Part shown: positions 62,193 to 63,834 of the stretch, piece after piece
How the letters are laid out: each line of letters starts with the position of its first letter
Numbering within the stretch: the stretch's first letter is position 1
Source of the DNA: Ionaspis alba
Lineage: Eukaryota
Length of the DNA stretch: 63,834 nucleotides
Assembly (NCBI GenBank): GCA_964255285.1
Contig: CAXUUL010000020.1
Location: forward strand, 1 to 63,834
Direction: 5' to 3'
Made by a program: the position numbers and the translations under genes
The notes under the pieces: generated by a model
Told to the model about the DNA's origin: nothing
Database searches by the model: none
Seen by the model: only the letters and a program-made list of their open reading frames with translations

Positions 62193-62707
62193 GTCGACGG
62201 GTAGAGGGAGCTGAACGCTCGCGTTTTGGTTTGCGGAAACGAGAGGTCAGGTGATGGAGGAGGCTGGGACTGTGATGTGTAGGAATACATACATGACATG
62301 AGTGATGTTAGAAGATTTTGAAGGGTGAGGGAAGCATCAGGAGTTTCTGGATAGCACAGTAGGTTTTGCGGTAGGATTATAGGACCTGGATGTGTTTTCT
62401 AGAATATTGAAAATAACGATAACTCGGAATGCTTCAGTTCCCGCGATACAATCGCTGATCGGTGATGATCCGGGCTATCTCGGAGGTCTTCAGTGCCATC
62501 GCCACCTCATTCCTCTTGGGAGATCGATTGCGGCGTAAAGAAGGGTAGACGATAGGAAATCTGGACTCTAAGCCTGGTCCTCAACATGCCATAGGAATTG
62601 TAAGTCTTGGATCTGATCATTATCAAATCATGATGTTGCATGGACTCATCTAGATCTGCTATAGCCCTCGCGGGGTATTAACTGAAGGCACGTGAATAAA
62701 CACCTCA

Positions 62708-63698
62708 TTATATCCTCAACGGCTCGTTCAGATCCATTTGGAACCCGACGGATAGTTGTGGGACCTGTTGGTAACGGTCCTTGAGCACAGCTCTGGTATT
62801 TTGCAAGACCTAAGTGCAAAGGTCAGCACTCCCATCGCCACAAAAGACAATAAGATTCTTGACAAACCTGGATGTAGCTCTGATTTGGATTCCGTCGCAT
62901 GGTCTGCAAGAAAGCCCACGACATCGCTCCAACATGTTCTCCGGATATACTAGCATCTGCAGAAGTCTGATCGTCCTTGCACCCCGAGTACATCCACACC
63001 CGTTTGTTCTCCTTGTTCCAATCCTCCACAAAGTGTTCCTCACCCAGCCCCTCTTCCTGCTCATCCCGATGCCTGAACCCTTTGAAGAAGGACTGGGCGC
63101 CGGCCAGCAGCACTTTCGCATCATTGACCTTGTTGAATGAGAACCCACCCTGCAACAAATGCGAAGCAGTCGACACAAGATGCAGGCCTTGCTTAACATT
63201 GTCCACAAGATTGACATTTCCATCCTCATCCGACCGGTACACAAACGGCAACTCAATCGCCGACCCACTGTGGCAGCAATCGAAAACCACAAACAGCGTA
63301 CTGCTCGGATGCAATCTCGACACCAAATGCCGGTGCAAAGTATCACTATCCAGCTGGCCATTCTGCTGATAATCAACCGGCACGATCGTATCATCGAAGC
63401 CGGAGGCACGGTCCCCATCTGGATCTCGTACCTGGCCGCCGTGCCCAGAGTAATGCAGGAAGCAGCAGGTGTTGGGCTCGCTGATGAGCCATTGCATGGC
63501 GGCCAGCATGTTGTGGGCGGTGGGGTAGAAAGGACCTTGGCGGGCATCGGTGAGAACGACCATGCTGGAGGGGTCTTGAGGATAGCCACGAGAGATGAGG
63601 AAGCGGGTCATGTTTTCGACGTCTTGCTGGCAACCTTGGAGTTCGTTGCTGGTGCCCGTGTAGTTGATGCCGATGAGGAGGGATTTGCGGCGCATCAT
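62708..63698 (-). CDS. Metacaspase (C14B), apparently without prodomain
   Basis: RKSLLIGINY, L.GC..DV, catalytic HYSGHG and DCCHSG, SGCKDDQTSADA, GAMSWAF; last exon VLQNTR...QQVPQLS after an intron at ~62811-62867. Confidence 0.93.
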
Positions 63699-63834
63699 GG
63701 TGGGTGGTTGTCGAGCGTTTATTGAGGGATTTCTTTGGGAGACGTGAAATAGGTGGAGTGTTTGAAGTTGTTGGAAGGGAAGAGGACGATGATATGGAGA
63801 GGTTGTAGTGATGCAACTCAGATCTAATGGTAAT

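Noticed and set aside
1..63834. tRNA, rRNA, CRISPR, transposase/RT, PKS/NRPS cluster, stop-codon readthrough (TGA CTA) signals
   Set aside because: Looked for by eye and none found. tRNAscan-SE, Infernal and RepeatMasker would be needed to exclude weak cases.

Overview
Gene-dense, intron-containing DNA from a filamentous ascomycete (Pezizomycotina; finer taxonomy cannot be fixed from the sequence alone). It is a draft scaffold with six 100-N gaps. About 29 protein-coding genes can be rebuilt by splicing short GT-AG introns. Housekeeping genes: PIN4 (partial), an ALKBH6-like oxygenase, DFG10, a Hos4-like ankyrin protein, RPS12, GID4/VID24, URH1, CLU1, RLP24, PAM18, PP2A scaffold TPD3, PheRS-beta FRS1, RPS3, myotubularin YMR1. 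Regulators: two Zn2Cys6 factors (one an AtrR orthologue) and a C2H2 protein. Accessory genes: RTA1-family protein, secreted chitin deacetylase, GNAT, two alpha/beta hydrolases, a GRGGAGN-repeat protein, two ferric reductases, a Mid2-like membrane protein, a short metacaspase and two uncharacterised ORFs. I found no tRNA, rRNA, CRISPR array, intact transposon or secondary-metabolite cluster, and no clearly new multi-gene system. The most interesting signals are non-coding or splicing-level. They are a ~190-bp fold-back with nested palindromes in the RTA1/Zn2Cys6 divergent promoter, a C2H2 gene leader with a spliced uORF and a strong hairpin before the AUG, a start codon split by an intron, a GC-AG intron, an 8-nt micro-exon in a catalytic motif, several oversized introns, and the yeast-like RLP24/PAM18 head-to-head pair. 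All gene models are manual and have no transcript support.
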